Below, piece by piece: positions 23,545 to 37,835 of a stretch of DNA of 64,000 nt. The notes beneath the pieces were generated by a model, which was not told the DNA's origin, did not search any database, and saw only the letters and a list, made by a program, of their open reading frames with translations. This DNA is from Octopus vulgaris (lineage: Eukaryota), in assembly GCA_951406725.2 (NCBI GenBank), contig OX597819.1, positions 28,830,001-28,894,000 on the forward strand, in the 5' to 3' direction. The translations under genes were made by a program, and so were the position numbers. Numbering within the stretch: the stretch's first letter is position 1; each line of letters opens with the position of its first letter.

Positions 23545-23970
23545 TGTTGCAAACACTTAATTTCAGGTTCAGTTCCACTGTGTGGCACCTTGGGCAAATG
23601 TCCTCTACTACAGCCCAGGGTTGACCAGTGCCTTGAGAATGAATTTGGTAGATGGAAAACAGTGTGAAACTCAATTCTGTGTGTGTGTATATGTATCTAT
23701 GTGTGTCTGTATGTCTGTATACATATATGAATATAAGTATGTGTGGGTGCATGTGTGTTTGGTGTTTGTTCTCTCTGCTACTTCACAACTGGTGTTAGCC
23801 TCTACATATTTGCATGACTTAGCAGTTCAACAAAAGAGAGGATAGAATGAGTAACATATTTTCTTTAAAAAAAAACATACTGGAGCTGATTTGTTTGACT
23901 AAATCCTTGAAAGTTGTGCCCCAGCATGGCCGCAGTTCGATGACTGAACTAAGCGAAAAATAAAAGATAA
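23545..23970 (+). mobile_element. Old SINE family A copy
   Basis: GGCACCTTGGGCAA core and CCCAGCATGGCCGCAG tail. Confidence 0.75.
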
Positions 23971-24529
23971 ATTAGCTGTGTTTGAATTGACCATACTTTA
24001 AAATGAATATTGATGAAATATTTAATGTAGCAAACTTCTGGTTTATTCTCAGAGATTTGGTCAGTTTGTACGGGAGTTTCAGTCTTGTATAAGATGACAT
24101 GTAACTGTGGGTAATTTCATGTCACAGCATCCAAAAATCCAAAATAATTTATTTCAAGAACTGTGCATGGTTATTGCATCATCTAAACAAAAGTCATGCA
24201 TGGATATTCAATTGATAGACATCTTTACCCAATTCCAAATGACAGCCAGTCTGCCTTGTGTGTGTGTGTGTGTGATATTCAGTCTTAACAGCTAGGTCTA
24301 TAGCCAAAGTGTTACTAGTAAGTTAGATATAAAATATAGCGACACATCAACTTAGAGTTGGATAAGTTGAGTTGAAATATGAGTGGAGTCAAAATGTGTG
24401 TGTAGCTGATTGTTTTTGCTGAGGAAATAGACTTGCACATACTTATATATCAAAATTTTGATAGACTCTACTATAACACATATCCTGGAATGTACAGAGA
24501 AATACAAACATTCATAATCGAATGAAATC

Positions 24530-24572
<43 letters not shown>

Positions 24573-24702
24573 TCACAACACTCACTGTTGAAATAAAGTG
24601 ATGTAAACATGAGATGTCAAAGAAAAGTAAGAAGTATGTCTTGTTATATGATTTATTTATGTGATATTACATATTAATTTAAAATAAGTTTATTTAGAAG
24701 CA

Positions 24703-24787
<85 letters not shown>

Positions 24788-25224
24788 GCGTCCGTACTGG
24801 TGGCATGTAAAAAGCACCCATTACACTCATGGAGTGGTTGGCATTAGGAAGGGCATCCAGCTGTAGAAACACTGCCACATCAGACTGGAGCCTGGTGCAG
24901 CCTCCTGGTTTCCCAGACCCCGGTCGTACCATCCAATCCATGGTAGCATGGAAAATGGACGTTAAATGATAATGATTATGATGGTGATGATGATATATAT
25001 ATATCAACTCTATGGGTGTATCTAAGAGGGTCCCCTCTGGGGTACAAGTCTGGGCAGAAAGTCGCCTCACTAGCAAACGTACAACCTTAAGTTGTTTTAT
25101 GGAAGACCAGCAGTCACCCATGCATATCAGTCTCCTGTCTCCATGCCACCAATGTTATCCAAGGGAAAGGCAAAAGTTGATACAACTTGGCACCAGTGAC
25201 GTCGCAACTCATTTCTACAGCTGA

Positions 25225-25830
25225 GTGTTGCTCGAGGAGCTGCCTTCCAAGTGTTATGATGTTATCAACCTCATGTATGCAAACTTGGTTGAGGGATGCA
25301 CTTCAATACTTGGTAGTTAAAAGATGCTGCCAAAGGGATATGATGCAACATTCAAAGCATTTTGGATTGATGCTAAGTCTTGGCTGCCTTGTTTTCATTT
25401 TAGGTAGAGGCAGTTTACGTCACTGTTTATGTGGAAATTATGTGTGCTTGTTAGTATTTTTTAGGTTTCCACCAACTCATAAGATGTTGTTCACTTTTCA
25501 GCAATGGGTTTACATATTTATTTTTGCTGCTGTTCTTTATACAGATGCTGCCTATTGTGATATCATGTCTATATTGATCTTAAGGCTCTTTCCTGTTTAC
25601 ATCACTGTTTCTGGGGAAATTTACAGCTGATGTTAGGATCTTGAGGGTTTTGATGTTAGGATCTATGAAGTGGAATTCTTCCATAAACCAGTCAAGTATT
25701 CCAATATTAGTATCAGTATTGTTGTATGAGGAGAACTCTGACCACTATATATTTTTAAGTCTGGTATAATATTTTTATAACATTCTTTAGTTACTTTTTC
25801 ATTGTTTACAGTACCTTTGTATGATATATT
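25225..25830 (-). mobile_element. Second R4/Dong-like RT fragment
   Basis: 25255-25470 aligns by eye with 61-275 (e.g. CATGTATGCAAACTTGG, TGTGTGCTTGTTAGTATTTT). Confidence 0.7.
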
Positions 25831-26994
25831 TTAAGCAATACCAATCGTCTGTTAGTCTCTCTCTCTCTCCCTCTTTTCATGGAATTGTTTAAGGAAAAAA
25901 TATTGATGGCCTGATACCACAAATTAAATAGGAGTTGATTCAATCCTCAGAAATAATTTCAAAATTTAGTCATAAATATTCCTTTCTTTCAGTGAATTCT
26001 AGGTTGACTTGTTTTTTGTATGGAAGAGTTAGAATCACTTTACAATTCCTAATTATTTCGTCTGCTTTGGTAAGATGAATGCCAAAAGTAAATTCAAACA
26101 GAACTGAAACACAGATCAGTGAGCAATTAAATGAATGATTAAATTTTCATTTTCTATTGATTTTTGTCAGAGGAGAAAGAACAGCACTGCCGACCCAATT
26201 TAGGGCCTTTAAAACTGATGGAAGGAAAGGGCAAAATTATCTTCAGACTAGAGAGACTTCAAACTTTAAATGGTTGAAGCAGAATTGTTTTTGCTAAAGG
26301 TAGTTAAGTGGTGATGTCAAAGATGGCAACAGATTAAGTTTATCATCCCAAAATGGGAATGGCTACTCTCATAGGCTTCCTTACAATTTCCATCTATCAA
26401 AATCTTACTGAAGCATTGGGACTGAACTTGAAACACTGCTGTTGCAATGTGAGCTTCTTAACTACACAGCCACAACTGTGCCCTTTATACTATTATAACA
26501 ACCAAACCAGTATTCTAGTGGTTCAACTACCTTCATTGATTTTATAGTGGTAAATATTATTTTCTATTTAATTGCAGGCATGACTACATGGTAAGAAGTT
26601 TGCATCCCAACCACATGGTTCTGGGTTCAGTCCTATTGTGTGGTACCTTAGGCAAGTGTCTTCTACTATAGTGTTTTCTACTAAGTGACTAACCAAAGCA
26701 TGGTGAGATGATTTGGTAGATGGAAAGGAAAAGAAACTACTATGTGTGTGTTACTGTCTTGTTGCCTTGACATTGCATGACAAATGTAAGGAAGTGTTAT
26801 CATCATACGAGCAGAGTCCTTTCTTTCCAATCTTATGCGAAAACACATCTGGTCTTGGGCAAATATTTCCTTACTTGCAAATGGGTGAGGGCTGGTGAGA
26901 GGAAGAGCATCCAGCTGGAAAAAATAAGCCTCAATAAATTTTTTGTCTGACCTAAGCAAGCATGAAAAAGTGAATGTTAAAATGGTGATGATCT

Positions 26995-27560
26995 CAACAT
27001 CATTTAGAGTCTGTTTTCCATGCTGATGTGGGTTAGACTGAAACTGGTAAACTGGAGAGCTGTAACAAGTTGCACTCTGATTTAGCATAGTTTCCACAGC
27101 TGGATGCCCTTCCTTACATCAACCACTCCAATGTAATGGGTGCGTTATATGTGCCACCCACACAGGTGTCAGTTATATGACACTATAATCGACCACAACT
27201 ACAATTTCACTTGACTTGGTGAGTCTTCTAAAGATGGCATATTGCCAAAGGTCTTGGTCACTTGTCAATCACCTCCATGATGCTCAATGTTTGAAAGGTG
27301 GTTTTTATGTGCCACCGGCATGGGTACCAGTTATGTGACACCGGCATTGGCCATGACTACAATTTCACTTGACTTGATAAATCTTCTCAAGCATGGCATA
27401 TCACCAAAGGTCTCAGTCACTTGTCATTGCCTCCGTGAGGCCCAGCATTCAGAGATCATGCTTCACCACCTCGTCCCATGTCTTCCTGGATCTACCTCTT
27501 CCATAGGTTCCCTCTACAGTTAGAGATCGGCACTTCTTCACACAGCTGTCATCGTCCATG
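26995..27560 (-). mobile_element. 5'-truncated RTE LINE (ORF C-terminus + 3' UTR, partly duplicated)
   Basis: KCRSLTVEGTYGRGRSRKTWDEVVKHDL, followed by the AGGAAGGGCATCCAGC tail. Confidence 0.75.
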
Positions 27561-28897
27561 ATTTTTAAAGTTTGATAATTGTCTATAGATGATGCCATAA
27601 TTGACATATCAATATAAAAGAGAAGTTATGTGATGACAGTTTCACTTGTAGATGAACAAATAGGAAAATAAAGCTTGGTAAAACTCGACTGTTGTATGAA
27701 ATCCGTCCGTTATTGATACAATTACTGTTGGTAATTGTGATCTGTTCAACATACCTGATTAGTATGCTTGAAACTCTAAGAGGGTCATACAGAGGTGACC
27801 TCTTACAAAACTATCTTTGCGATATTGTAATTTTTATAATAATCACAAACAACTTGATTAAGGTTATGCAGCTTACATAATTTGAGAAAAAAGTTGTCAA
27901 TTTCATGAATTCATAGTTGTTTAATTTTGAGATGAGAGGTCTAGGTTTAGCTAGGCAGTAGATTATTTTTCTTATTAGTGCTTTAGATTACATTGTGCAT
28001 CTCAGTGGTCACATTTTAAAACAAAAACTAATTTTCAAAAATATTTTCAGACACAGCGAAATATATGACAACTTTGTTGTTTTTTTATAAATAAATTACA
28101 GTAAAGAAAACAAAAACTAATTTGTTCTTAAGATTAAAGATATTTGTAAATTTACATTGAAATCCCTTGAGAGGAAGTAAAAATAAACATAATTTGAAGT
28201 AATAATTAAATAAACAAAGAAAAAACGAAAAACATTACAATACCAACAGTTGAGAACAATAACTGGAAATTACATAAAAACAAACAAAATTTTAAATAAA
28301 TAGTGTAAAAATAATGATAAATCTCATAAAATTTTGATTTGTATGCAAAAAATATTGCTAATATCAAAAATAAAATTTAGTTTTAAATGAAATGACAAGG
28401 GATTGAGGAAAATATTTTTAAAATATGTGAAATATTACATTATAACTCTCTTGAAAAAAAAAGTAATCGAAGAGAGATAACACATACAACTATTTTCTTA
28501 AAGATTTAGGAGATCAAATGTTTAGCTAAACCTGATCTGGTTAGTTATTTCTGAAATTTAGTGTACTTTGATGTCGGCATAAAAGATAAAAATTGATTTC
28601 AGTCAATGTTATCGTCATCATTATTGTTGTCCTTTTAATGTCAGACTTTCCATTCTAGTTAGATGGGTCTGTGATATAACATCTTCCCAACCATCCCAAT
28701 CCAATGCAAATTCCGAGATCTGTATCACACTCACTCAAATCATTCTCTATCATGGATAACGATAATCATATCATTAAATTGACCAGTATGCATAATTTAT
28801 TTGCCATTAATTTCCAAACCATTGGTATACACTATCATGCTAATTATTCTGGATATTTATTCTTATGAAATTTTACTTACAATTCATTACACTTCTT

Positions 28898-29528
28898 ACT
28901 CTCTTTTACTCTTTTACTTGTTTCAGTCATTTGACTATGGCCATGCTGGAGCACCGCCTTTAGTCGAATCAAATCGACCCCAGGACTTATCCTTTGTAAG
29001 CCCAGTACTTATTCTATTGGTCTCTTTTCAGAAACGTTAGCATGCCGGGCGAAATGCGTAGCTGTATTTCGTCTGTCGTTACGATCTGAGTTCAAATTCC
29101 GCCGAGGTCGACTTTACCTTTCATCCTTTCGGGGGCGATAAATAAAGTACCAGTTTCGCACTGGGAACGATGTAATCGACTTTATCTGTTTGTCCTTGTT
29201 TGTCCGCTCTATGTTTAGCCTCTTGTGGGCAGTAAAGAATTCCTTTTGCCGAACCGCTAAGTTACGGAGACCTAAACACACCAGCATCGGTTGTCAAGCA
29301 ATGTTGGGGGGACGAACACAGATACACAACATATACACACACATACATATATACATACATAAATACGACGGGCTTCTTTCAGTTTCCGTCTACCAAATCC
29401 AATCACAAGGCTTTGGTCGGCCTGAGGCTATAGTAGAAGACACTTGCCCAAGGTTCCACGCAGTGGGACTGAACCCGGAACCATGTGGTTGGTAAGCAAG
29501 CTACTTACCACACAGCCACTCCTGCGCC
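28898..29528 (-). mobile_element. SINE family A with a nested opposite-strand family B copy (29030-29240)
   Basis: The family A sequence resumes at CTTTTGCCGAACC after the insert. Confidence 0.85.
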
Positions 29529-30035
29529 ATTGGTCAGCTTGAGGATTTAGTAGGAAACATTTGTCCAAGATGTTCTGCAGGAGGATGGAATGTGAAACCA
29601 TGTCATCATAAAAGAAGCCATGCTTGCATCTATCTTTATTCTAATAATTTTGGTCTGGTTCTTTTTGATCTTTCCATAACTTAGGGATTGACTAATTTCT
29701 TCCATCGAATACATTCTTAATTTTGTAAAAGTTGATAATAAAAAGAAATCATTATTATTATTACTATTATTATTATTATTATTATATGTTTGACTTTTGC
29801 TTTATATTTGTACAAGTTGGCTCCAAGTCTCACCCGGACACCTCAAGAGACAACATGTTGGAAGTTCACGTTGTTGTTATGCCTAGTGTGCCATATATTT
29901 GGTTGTTTATTGTGTTGTACTAGTGGATGTCTAAAAAATTAAAAAATAAAAATAATAAATAAATAAAAAAAATGTTTGTTTTAAACCTTGAGATTACATA
30001 GAATTTTTTTTGCATATGATATGAGCAGTTCCCAG

Positions 30036-30043
30036 TTCTTCTT

Positions 30044-30114
<71 letters not shown>

Positions 30115-30116
30115 TA

Positions 30117-30156
<40 letters not shown>

Positions 30157-30188
30157 GAAGAAGAAGAAAAAGAAAAACAACAACAACA
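30036..30188. repeat. Compound trinucleotide tract (TTC)n(TTA)n(AAG)n(AAC)n
   Basis: Visible directly. Confidence 0.95.
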
Positions 30189-31272
30189 CAGCTTCAACAG
30201 TTATCAGAACTTAACTCACATCTATTATGCCACCATCCTAATCTATGTTTTCAATATCTGATGTCTTAGGTATTTACCTCTACTGTGAAATCTGATGCTT
30301 TCAGCAATTATCTCCAAATCTCGCAACATTCCTCACATTTATGTCCTTAATTGATTTATTCCCTATCTTCCGGTTTTTTTTCTACACCTGAATTTTCTGC
30401 TGACACCAGTTAATTTCACAACCTCTATTGTGAGGTTTCTTTGTCATTTTCTTCTGGTCATCATTAAGAATATATATGCCTAAATAAATTTACTTTAACG
30501 CTTTAGCTATAGTCTTATTATTGCCTTTTTTTTTTTACCATGAATACATTCTCTACTCCAAGGGTTTGAAGAGTAGAATGTAAGCACCCATGCTGGTGCC
30601 ACAGATAGAGCACTGGTGCTGGTATCACATACAAAGCACTGGTGCTGGTACCATGTAAAAACTCCCAGTACATTCTGTAAAGTGGTTGACATTAGGAAGG
30701 TCATCCAACTTCATAAACCATGCCAAAACAGACAAATTGGAGCCCAGTGCACCTCTCCAACTTGCCAGGCCCTCTCAAACCGTCTAACTCATGCCAACAT
30801 GGAAAACTAGCATTAAATGATGATGACTATTATAAATATATATATACATACATATTTCTCCAAACTGCTATGTTAGAATTAAATTTGTTGAACAAATTTA
30901 ATTCTAACATAGCAGTTTGGAGAAATTCTCAGAAATGTAACCAGTATATCACCACACATCAGGAAACACACTTTATTATGGACTAATTATGGATAAATGC
31001 ATCTTCTGTGAGTATGATACCTCTCCTCATATCTCCAGAAATCAAACTTACTTCAATATGGATGGATTTACATTCTCATTTTCATTTTCATTTTCTGGGA
31101 AAATAAGAGGTTTTTTAAAAGATTTTTTTAAAACCCATTATATGACTGTGCAACACTAAAATAACTTTTAGAAGTCCGTTTGTTACCTAAATCTTATTTT
31201 TATAGAACTATCCCTGATGTTTCAGGAGTGTAACTCCACCCCCTTAGATGTTTGGAGAACCCAGATGTTTTT

Positions 31273-31361
31273 TTTCGGCTGATGAGTACGGGTCACTTAC
31301 ATTTACTGCAATATTTGCAGCCTTAATAAAGCTGTCTTCGTACGAAACAATTGTACTGAAA
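31273..31361 (+). ncRNA. Type I hammerhead ribozyme, intact core
   Basis: uuucgg-CUGAUGA-GUACG-[48-nt loop with CUGCAA/UUGCAG hairpin]-CGUAC-GAAA-CAAUUG-UA^-cugaaa. Predicted cleavage after 31355. Confidence 0.85.
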
Positions 31362-31527
31362 TATTGATCCATTCTTGTTGCTTTTTTCTTATTTATAATC
31401 ACCCCGCATTATCTTATGGTTAACACCATATAGATTTCTGGTGCATCTAAGTTAAGTACCACATTCATGTGAATTCAACAGAACTCACTTGAATCTTAAT
31501 TGCTTTTACTATATATATATATATATA

Positions 31528-31607
31528 AAGTTAATCCAAACATGAAAATACGAAGAGAAAACACAACAACGTGAGGATGTGGAACAAGTATAGTGTTATT
31601 GGACGCT

Positions 31608-31638
<31 letters not shown>

Positions 31639-31799
31639 AGGCATAACACAGATTTACGAGTACAACACAGATATATATATATTTATATACAGACTTGTGC
31701 TTACAGATATATATATATATAAAGTTAATCCAAACATGAAAATACAAAGAGAAAACACAACAACGCGAGGATGTGGAACAAGTATAGTGTTATTGGACG

Positions 31800-31803
<4 letters not shown>
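31528..31803. repeat. Two ~82-bp copies of a truncated PLE-terminal-like element, separated by (TA)-rich DNA
   Basis: AAAGTTAATCCAAACATGAAAATAC...GTTATTGGACGCTCA at 31528 and 31721, homologous to 3471-3540. Confidence 0.8.
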
Positions 31804-31890
<87 letters not shown>

Positions 31891-32269
31891 GGAGGGAGAG
31901 AGTGAGTGAAATATACACTATACAGAGACAGAGCATACATATGCATAATTATCTGAATGACTATGACATTTGTGGTGAGTGGGAAATGAGGAATGTAGAA
32001 TAACAAGAAAAATAAGTATGGTAGGGTCACAAAATATTGAGCTGGAAAGCTTCAGCCAGCTGAGATTATCCAGGCAATTAGTAGTCAAAAACCTTCCCTA
32101 AAAGATTTTAAAAGAATTATTGGAAGTTGATGTATACATGAATTCCTTTTTGAGCGACGGTTCCAAGGTTGAAAATGAACCCCCTTTTCATTATATAATA
32201 TAAGCCATTGTGTAATAAAACACAGTGTACAAAGAAGTGGTCAGTAGAGTTGCTGGACATGTTAGTGTT

Positions 32270-32860
32270 GGGCTACATGTCTGAGGACTAGCTAGATCTT
32301 CATGTATTTGAGGACTTGCTGGACATTCTGACAAACATCCAGGTCACCCACAGAATGGGTCACCCAACTAGTGCCCAATCTTGCTTGTATACAATATGTT
32401 GCAGAGGTTACATGCTATGCAGTACATTGGATTAAAGAAGGTAGTTGAAGTGGATTTAGAGCCTAGTATGAATGTGGTTTGTAAAATGAAGACAAATGGG
32501 GTGGGAACAATTGGAATTTCCAAGTTTGGAGTGATTAGGGATAAGGGAACTCTTGAGCAGAAGGCCATGTAGATTTGTATCCCTTATCAAGGTGATATAT
32601 GGAGGCTTAGGAGGGATTAGATTAATTATGGGACCTGACTGTACAAAGCAGAAGTTGCAGAGGATGGTGTATTGAAGTTGTGCTCTGAATGATTGGTAGA
32701 AGGGAAGAAAATGTGGTCCCGAGGTAAGCATAGATATGTTAGGAGTGTCATTGTCTGGCTTATGAGATGGACTTGGTGGAAAGCTGAGGACATCTCCATG
32801 ATATGTGAGAGAAAAGCACAGCACAATTGAATACAAACTTGATGCTAAAATAAAAATCTT
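32270..32860 (-). mobile_element. Decayed PLE (Neptune-type) linker + GIY-YIG endonuclease
   Basis: LTYH...PKPPYITLIRDTNLHGLL..SSL and MYCIACNLCNILYTSKIGH*LGDPF resemble LTYHP...PP.I..RRD.NL.D.LV and IYCI.C..C..LYIGETGR.L.DRF. Confidence 0.7.
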
Positions 32861-32927
32861 TCATTCCTAGCTGTAGTCCCTCTATTTAAGTCACAAGGTT
32901 ATTTTCATGAGATTGCTGAAGATTTAA

Positions 32928-33145
32928 CCCTTTAGCATATTCAGATTACTCTGTCAAATGCAATGCATATTTATTCACATTGTTTTGAATTAATCATGCA
33001 TTACCTCATAGCCTTGAAAGTTCAAGTATGTGATCGTTTATTTTTAAAATGACATTGTAGGATAGGTGTGAGAAGCTGGATGTGGACAGTTTGATCATAA
33101 AACAGAATATTTGGGCAAGATAGGGCTGGTTTAAATGCTAAATGA
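32928..33145 (+). mobile_element. piggyBac-type MITE family 1 (TTAA site)
   Basis: TTAA-CCCTTTAGCAT...ATGCTAAA-nnn-TTAA. Confidence 0.75.
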
Positions 33146-34125
33146 TTAAACCACTGTTCCATTGTAATATTTTCTTGTGTCTCCTTGAGATATTACATGA
33201 TAATTGTAAGATGATTGTCACTGTCATAAAAAGCAGTATAATTTATTTCCAGTGTTCTGTGTGAACAAGTCTGGCTGTATTACCTTGTTTGGAATACGTA
33301 AGGATTGTTGCTAAGAAAGGTATCCTACGATAGATAATCTGTCGCAACGAACTCTATCCAACCTATGCAGACATTAAAAAAATGGATGTTAAAGCGTTGA
33401 TGATGAATAACATGCTCCATTAATTTTTTTTTTTCTAAATACATTTAAGCTGTGAACATTTCTTCATTTGATAGTCAGTATATCACTGGAACTTAGACAT
33501 TTTTATAGCACGTTCTCACTTCACTGTTAAAACAAAATGAGAAAAAAAATAATAACTCATAGTCATTGATGATAACTTCCTCATCTTATTTATGAAGATT
33601 GTAAGAAAAATAAACTATTTCTAATGAAAGACTATCTTTTAATAAGTATATAGAATACTACAGATTACCTTGCTTACACACACACACACACGCACACACA
33701 CACACACATCATATTACTTACTGATTTGTGAGTAGTAAATTGATTGGTACAACTTTATTCAGATATCAAGTACTTAAATATGATAAGTAAGCTTGTGTTT
33801 CTGTGTTAATGTCAAGCACTATGTGTGTGGTGTTTTGTGTGTGTGTGTGTGTGTGCATGTGGTAACTGCTGGCTGAGTAAACACAACGCTGCACTATCAG
33901 CCAAATGTCGATGATTTGTGTAATGTTGCTGGAGATGTTTCGTATCTATGACCAACAGATTTAATTTATGCTAGCTGTCATCATCTGTTGGTAATACTCT
34001 GCAGTAAAATCAATGGACCAATAAATCAAAGAGGGTTTTTGTTATCTTGTAGCATTCAGTTTAAAACTTCTTGCAGGCTTGGACAAGGAAACAAGAAAAC
34101 ACTTTAGTATTTCCTTCATAAAGCA

Positions 34126-34515
34126 CTAGCAGTATCGCCCGGCATTGCTCGGGTTTGTAAGGGAAATAACTATATAAGCATTTTTAGAGAGTTATAGCCA
34201 AAAAATACAAAAAAATGCATTAAAAATGGAAATAAAATGATGGTAAATTTTTTTTTAAATCGTTGACTCATCGTAGACATTTTTAGAGAGTTACTTCCCT
34301 TATATAATAGCGAAAAAAAAATGGAAAAAAATGATGGTAATTTTTTTTTTAAATCGTAGACTCATCGTAGACGCACGCTAATACCCAGAAGGGCTCAATA
34401 TGAATCACGACTATAAGATACCCGGTTTGGGTTAAACTGCACCGCAAAACGTGGGAGTAGTTAGGAATCTAAATCGTAGGAGACAGACACACAACTTCAC
34501 TTTTATATATAAAGA
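34126..34515 (-). mobile_element. Non-autonomous Helitron
   Basis: Third copy of the 3710/18339 family. Confidence 0.85.
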
Positions 34516-36124
34516 TTTCTGTAAAAATCCTAGCTATTAGATTCCTCAGAATAAATTTCAATGCAGTTATCATACACACATAAACATAAACACATACTCA
34601 CGCATGTATATGTATATGTACATGCGTACAGTTTTTTTTTTTAATTCTTTGTAATTATTTTTTTTTGTTGGAAATGAGTCAATATTTGTATAAGCTATAT
34701 AAATGGTACATCACTGTTTGCTTGCATAATTCAATAATTCTCACAAATCCATGCATTCTAAATTAATCTTTTAAGACTTCCACCAGAGCATAGGGATGGG
34801 ACTTGGTTGAAGCCTTCTCTAAATTGAAAAGTACAGTATATCATTATTTTAGACCATCTCTTGCAATTATCAAACTAGATACATTGTCTCAGTGGTTCCA
34901 CATTTTTGAACAGACCAAAATTGCATCTTAACAAAGTTAGCACTGTCCTACACACTAACTCTTCTACAACTCTCTCAGCTACTTTAAAGATTTGGTTGAT
35001 AAATCAGAGTGCTCAGAAATTGATAAGATTATTTGTACCATAGAAATCCAGAATCAATGATCGATTTTTATATCTTGCACTTTGAAGTGCATAGCTATCA
35101 TGCACACAATTGTATTTTATATTCATTGATGTGTTCAGCTAAATGACAATATCACTATCCTCTACTAACTTGTACAAAGGCCTCATCCTACTTAACTTGT
35201 CCTTCTGCTCCTTTGTTAATTTTATCAGTGAGGATGTAGGCATGATTGAGGGGTTAAGAAGTCTGTTATGCAAACATGACATCTTGCGTTAAAACCTACT
35301 GGATGGCATTTTAGTCAAATGTATTTTCCGCAGCATCAAATTCCAAGCTTTGTGGGCAGATATGGGCATATGAAAGCAGTATAGCAGTGATGAATTTGAC
35401 ACTCTTACATTGAAACAGATGTGAGATTCCATCAGTTCCACCAGTGGACCATTAGTAGAGATAACAGATGTTCTATTGCTCAGCAAGCGAATTCACCCAC
35501 ATATATATATGTAACTAACACCATGTTTTTCTGTTTTTATCCATTATGCATGCCCAAATTTCTTCTTCAGACCTCAACACATTCAACTGCTGCTTCATCT
35601 CTGACTCATCTAGATATATTTATGATAGAATGTGTGTGTGTGTGTGTGCATGCATGCATATGTGTGTCTGTGTGTGTGTTTGCATGTGTATTTGTGTGTG
35701 TGTACAGCTGAAGAGTTGTATGGTGTATTTGTCATTTGCTGGTGTCTATTTTGAATAGGACCTTGACAAAACCTTCCTCTGTCTGCAAACTGAGTTTGCA
35801 AGGAAAACACTTTGAGTCTTATCTGGACTGAAATGAACTGTATTCATTCTTGTTGGATAAGTCTACAACCATTGTTACTCTCACTGTGAAATAACAGACA
35901 AAAGCAGCGAGCGGGCATAATCGTTAGCACACTCGGCAAAATGTTTGTCTGCCTTTATGTTTTAAGTTCAAATTTCACCAAGGTTGACTTTGCCTTACAT
36001 TTTTTTGGAGTCAAAAAATAAGTACCAGTTGAGCCTGGTGGTGGGATCAATGTACTTGACTTATCCCTCTCCACAAAATTGCTGGCCTTGTGTCAAAATT
36101 TGAACTCAATATGAAGTAAGAGGT

Positions 36125-36358
36125 GGAGGCGCATGGCTTAGTGGCTAGGGTGTCAGCATCATGATCGTAAGATTGTGGTTTCGATTCCTGGACTGGGCGA
36201 CGCGCTGTGTTCTTGAGCAAAACATTTCATTTCACGTTGCTCCAGTCCATCAGCTAGCAAAAATGAGTAACACTGTGATGGATTGACATCCCGTCCAGCT
36301 GGGGAACACATACACCATAGAAACCGGGCCCATGAGCTTTAAAAAGGGCGCATTTGTT
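36125..36358 (+). mobile_element. tRNA-derived SINE, family D head
   Basis: A-box-like TGGCTTAGTGG and B-box-like GTTTCGATTCC, then TTCTTGAGCAA. Confidence 0.8.
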
Positions 36359-36359
36359 G

Positions 36360-36670
36360 TGGAGGCACAATAGCCCAGTGGTTAGGGCAGTGGACTCGCG
36401 GTCGGAGGATCGCAGATTCAATTCCCAGACTGAGCATTGTATGTATTTATTGAGCGAAAACACCTAAAAGTATCACGAGGCTCCGGCAGGGGTTGGTGGC
36501 AACCCCTGTTGTACTCTTTTGCCCCGACTTTCTCTCACTCACCCTTCCTGTTTCTTGAGTAACGCTGCGATGGACTGGTGTCCTGTCCAGCTGGGGGGAA
36601 CACATATGCCACAGAAACCAGGAAACTGGGCCCTTGAGCCTGGCTAAGCTTGAGAAGGGCACATAAATAA
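36360..36670 (+). mobile_element. tRNA-derived SINE, family C
   Basis: GGAGGCACAATAGCCCAGTGGTTAGGGCAG head. Copies at 38878 and 63096. Confidence 0.82.
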
Positions 36671-37074
36671 AAATAAAAAATGAAGTAAGAGACTTAGCCA
36701 CTGAAGAGACCTTCATGTAGTCACTGGTTGTCACATGGCTGGAAGATGGTAGGGGTTCACTCCCCTGCTTGCCATATATATCGGATGAGGATTGCATTGA
36801 ATAACCAGCTGGAGGAACTGTCCTCCTGGGGTTAAAAATAGCAGTAATGTCAGTTCCTACAGAACAGCCATGTTTAAGTGGTGATAAACATTACATCTCA
36901 ATATAGTTACCACTTTCATCACTAAGTAACTAATTTGTTTATTACTGTCTTAGATACTTTGTTTGAATCAATTAAAAAATAAACAATGAAAAACGATGGA
37001 ATGGTCAAGGCAGGAATACTTTTGAACAAAGTCTGCTCAATTGGGGCTGATCAAGTGCTAAATGACAACAACAT

Positions 37075-37587
37075 AGGCATAGGAGTGGCTGTGTGGTAAG
37101 TAGCTTGCTTACCAACCACATGGTTCTGGGTTCAGTCCCACTGTGTGGCACCTTGGGCAAGTGTCTTCTACTATAGCCTCGGGCCAACCAAAGTCTTGTG
37201 AGTGGATTTGATAGACGGAAAACTGAAAGAAGCCCGTCGTATATATGTGTATATAAAGGGGTAAAGACCCCCTTCGGTCATGAATGACCATGGGATTGCA
37301 CCTAGAAAGTTACCCTCCTAGACACAAGTCCGGGCAAGGTTGTTTATGGAAGACCAGCAGTCGCCCATGCATACCAGCCTCCCCTCTCCACGCCACCAGT
37401 GTTATCCAAGGGAAAGACAAAGGTCGATACAGCTTGGCACCAGTGACGTCGCAACTCATTTCTACAGCTGAGTGAACTGGAGCAACGTGAAATAAAGTGC
37501 CTTGCTCAAGAACACAACACTCAGCCCGGTCCGGGATTTGAGCTGATAACCTCACGATCGTAAGCTCGACGCTCTAACCACTGAGCC

Positions 37588-37621
<34 letters not shown>

Positions 37622-37835
37622 GTTTGTGTGTCTGTGTCTGTCCCTGACAACATCGCTTGACAACCGATGCTGGTGTGTTTACGTCACTGTAACTTAGCGG
37701 TTCGGCAAAAGAGACTGATAGAATAAGTACTAGGCTTACAAAGAATAAGTCCTGGGGTCGATTTGCTTGACTAAAGGCAGTGCTCCAGCATGGCCACAGT
37801 CAAATGACTGAAACAAGTAAAAGAGTAAAAGAGTA
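37075..37835 (+). mobile_element. SINE family A with a nested minus-strand family D element (37259-37588) in its internal (TA)n
   Basis: Family A halves flank the insert. The insert's 3' half recurs at about 25010-25225. Confidence 0.85.

Noticed and set aside
33952-33994. ACCAACAGAT/ATCTGTTGGT hairpin, possible pre-miRNA
   Set aside because: The 10-bp stem is too short for a miRNA precursor and I recognise no mature sequence.
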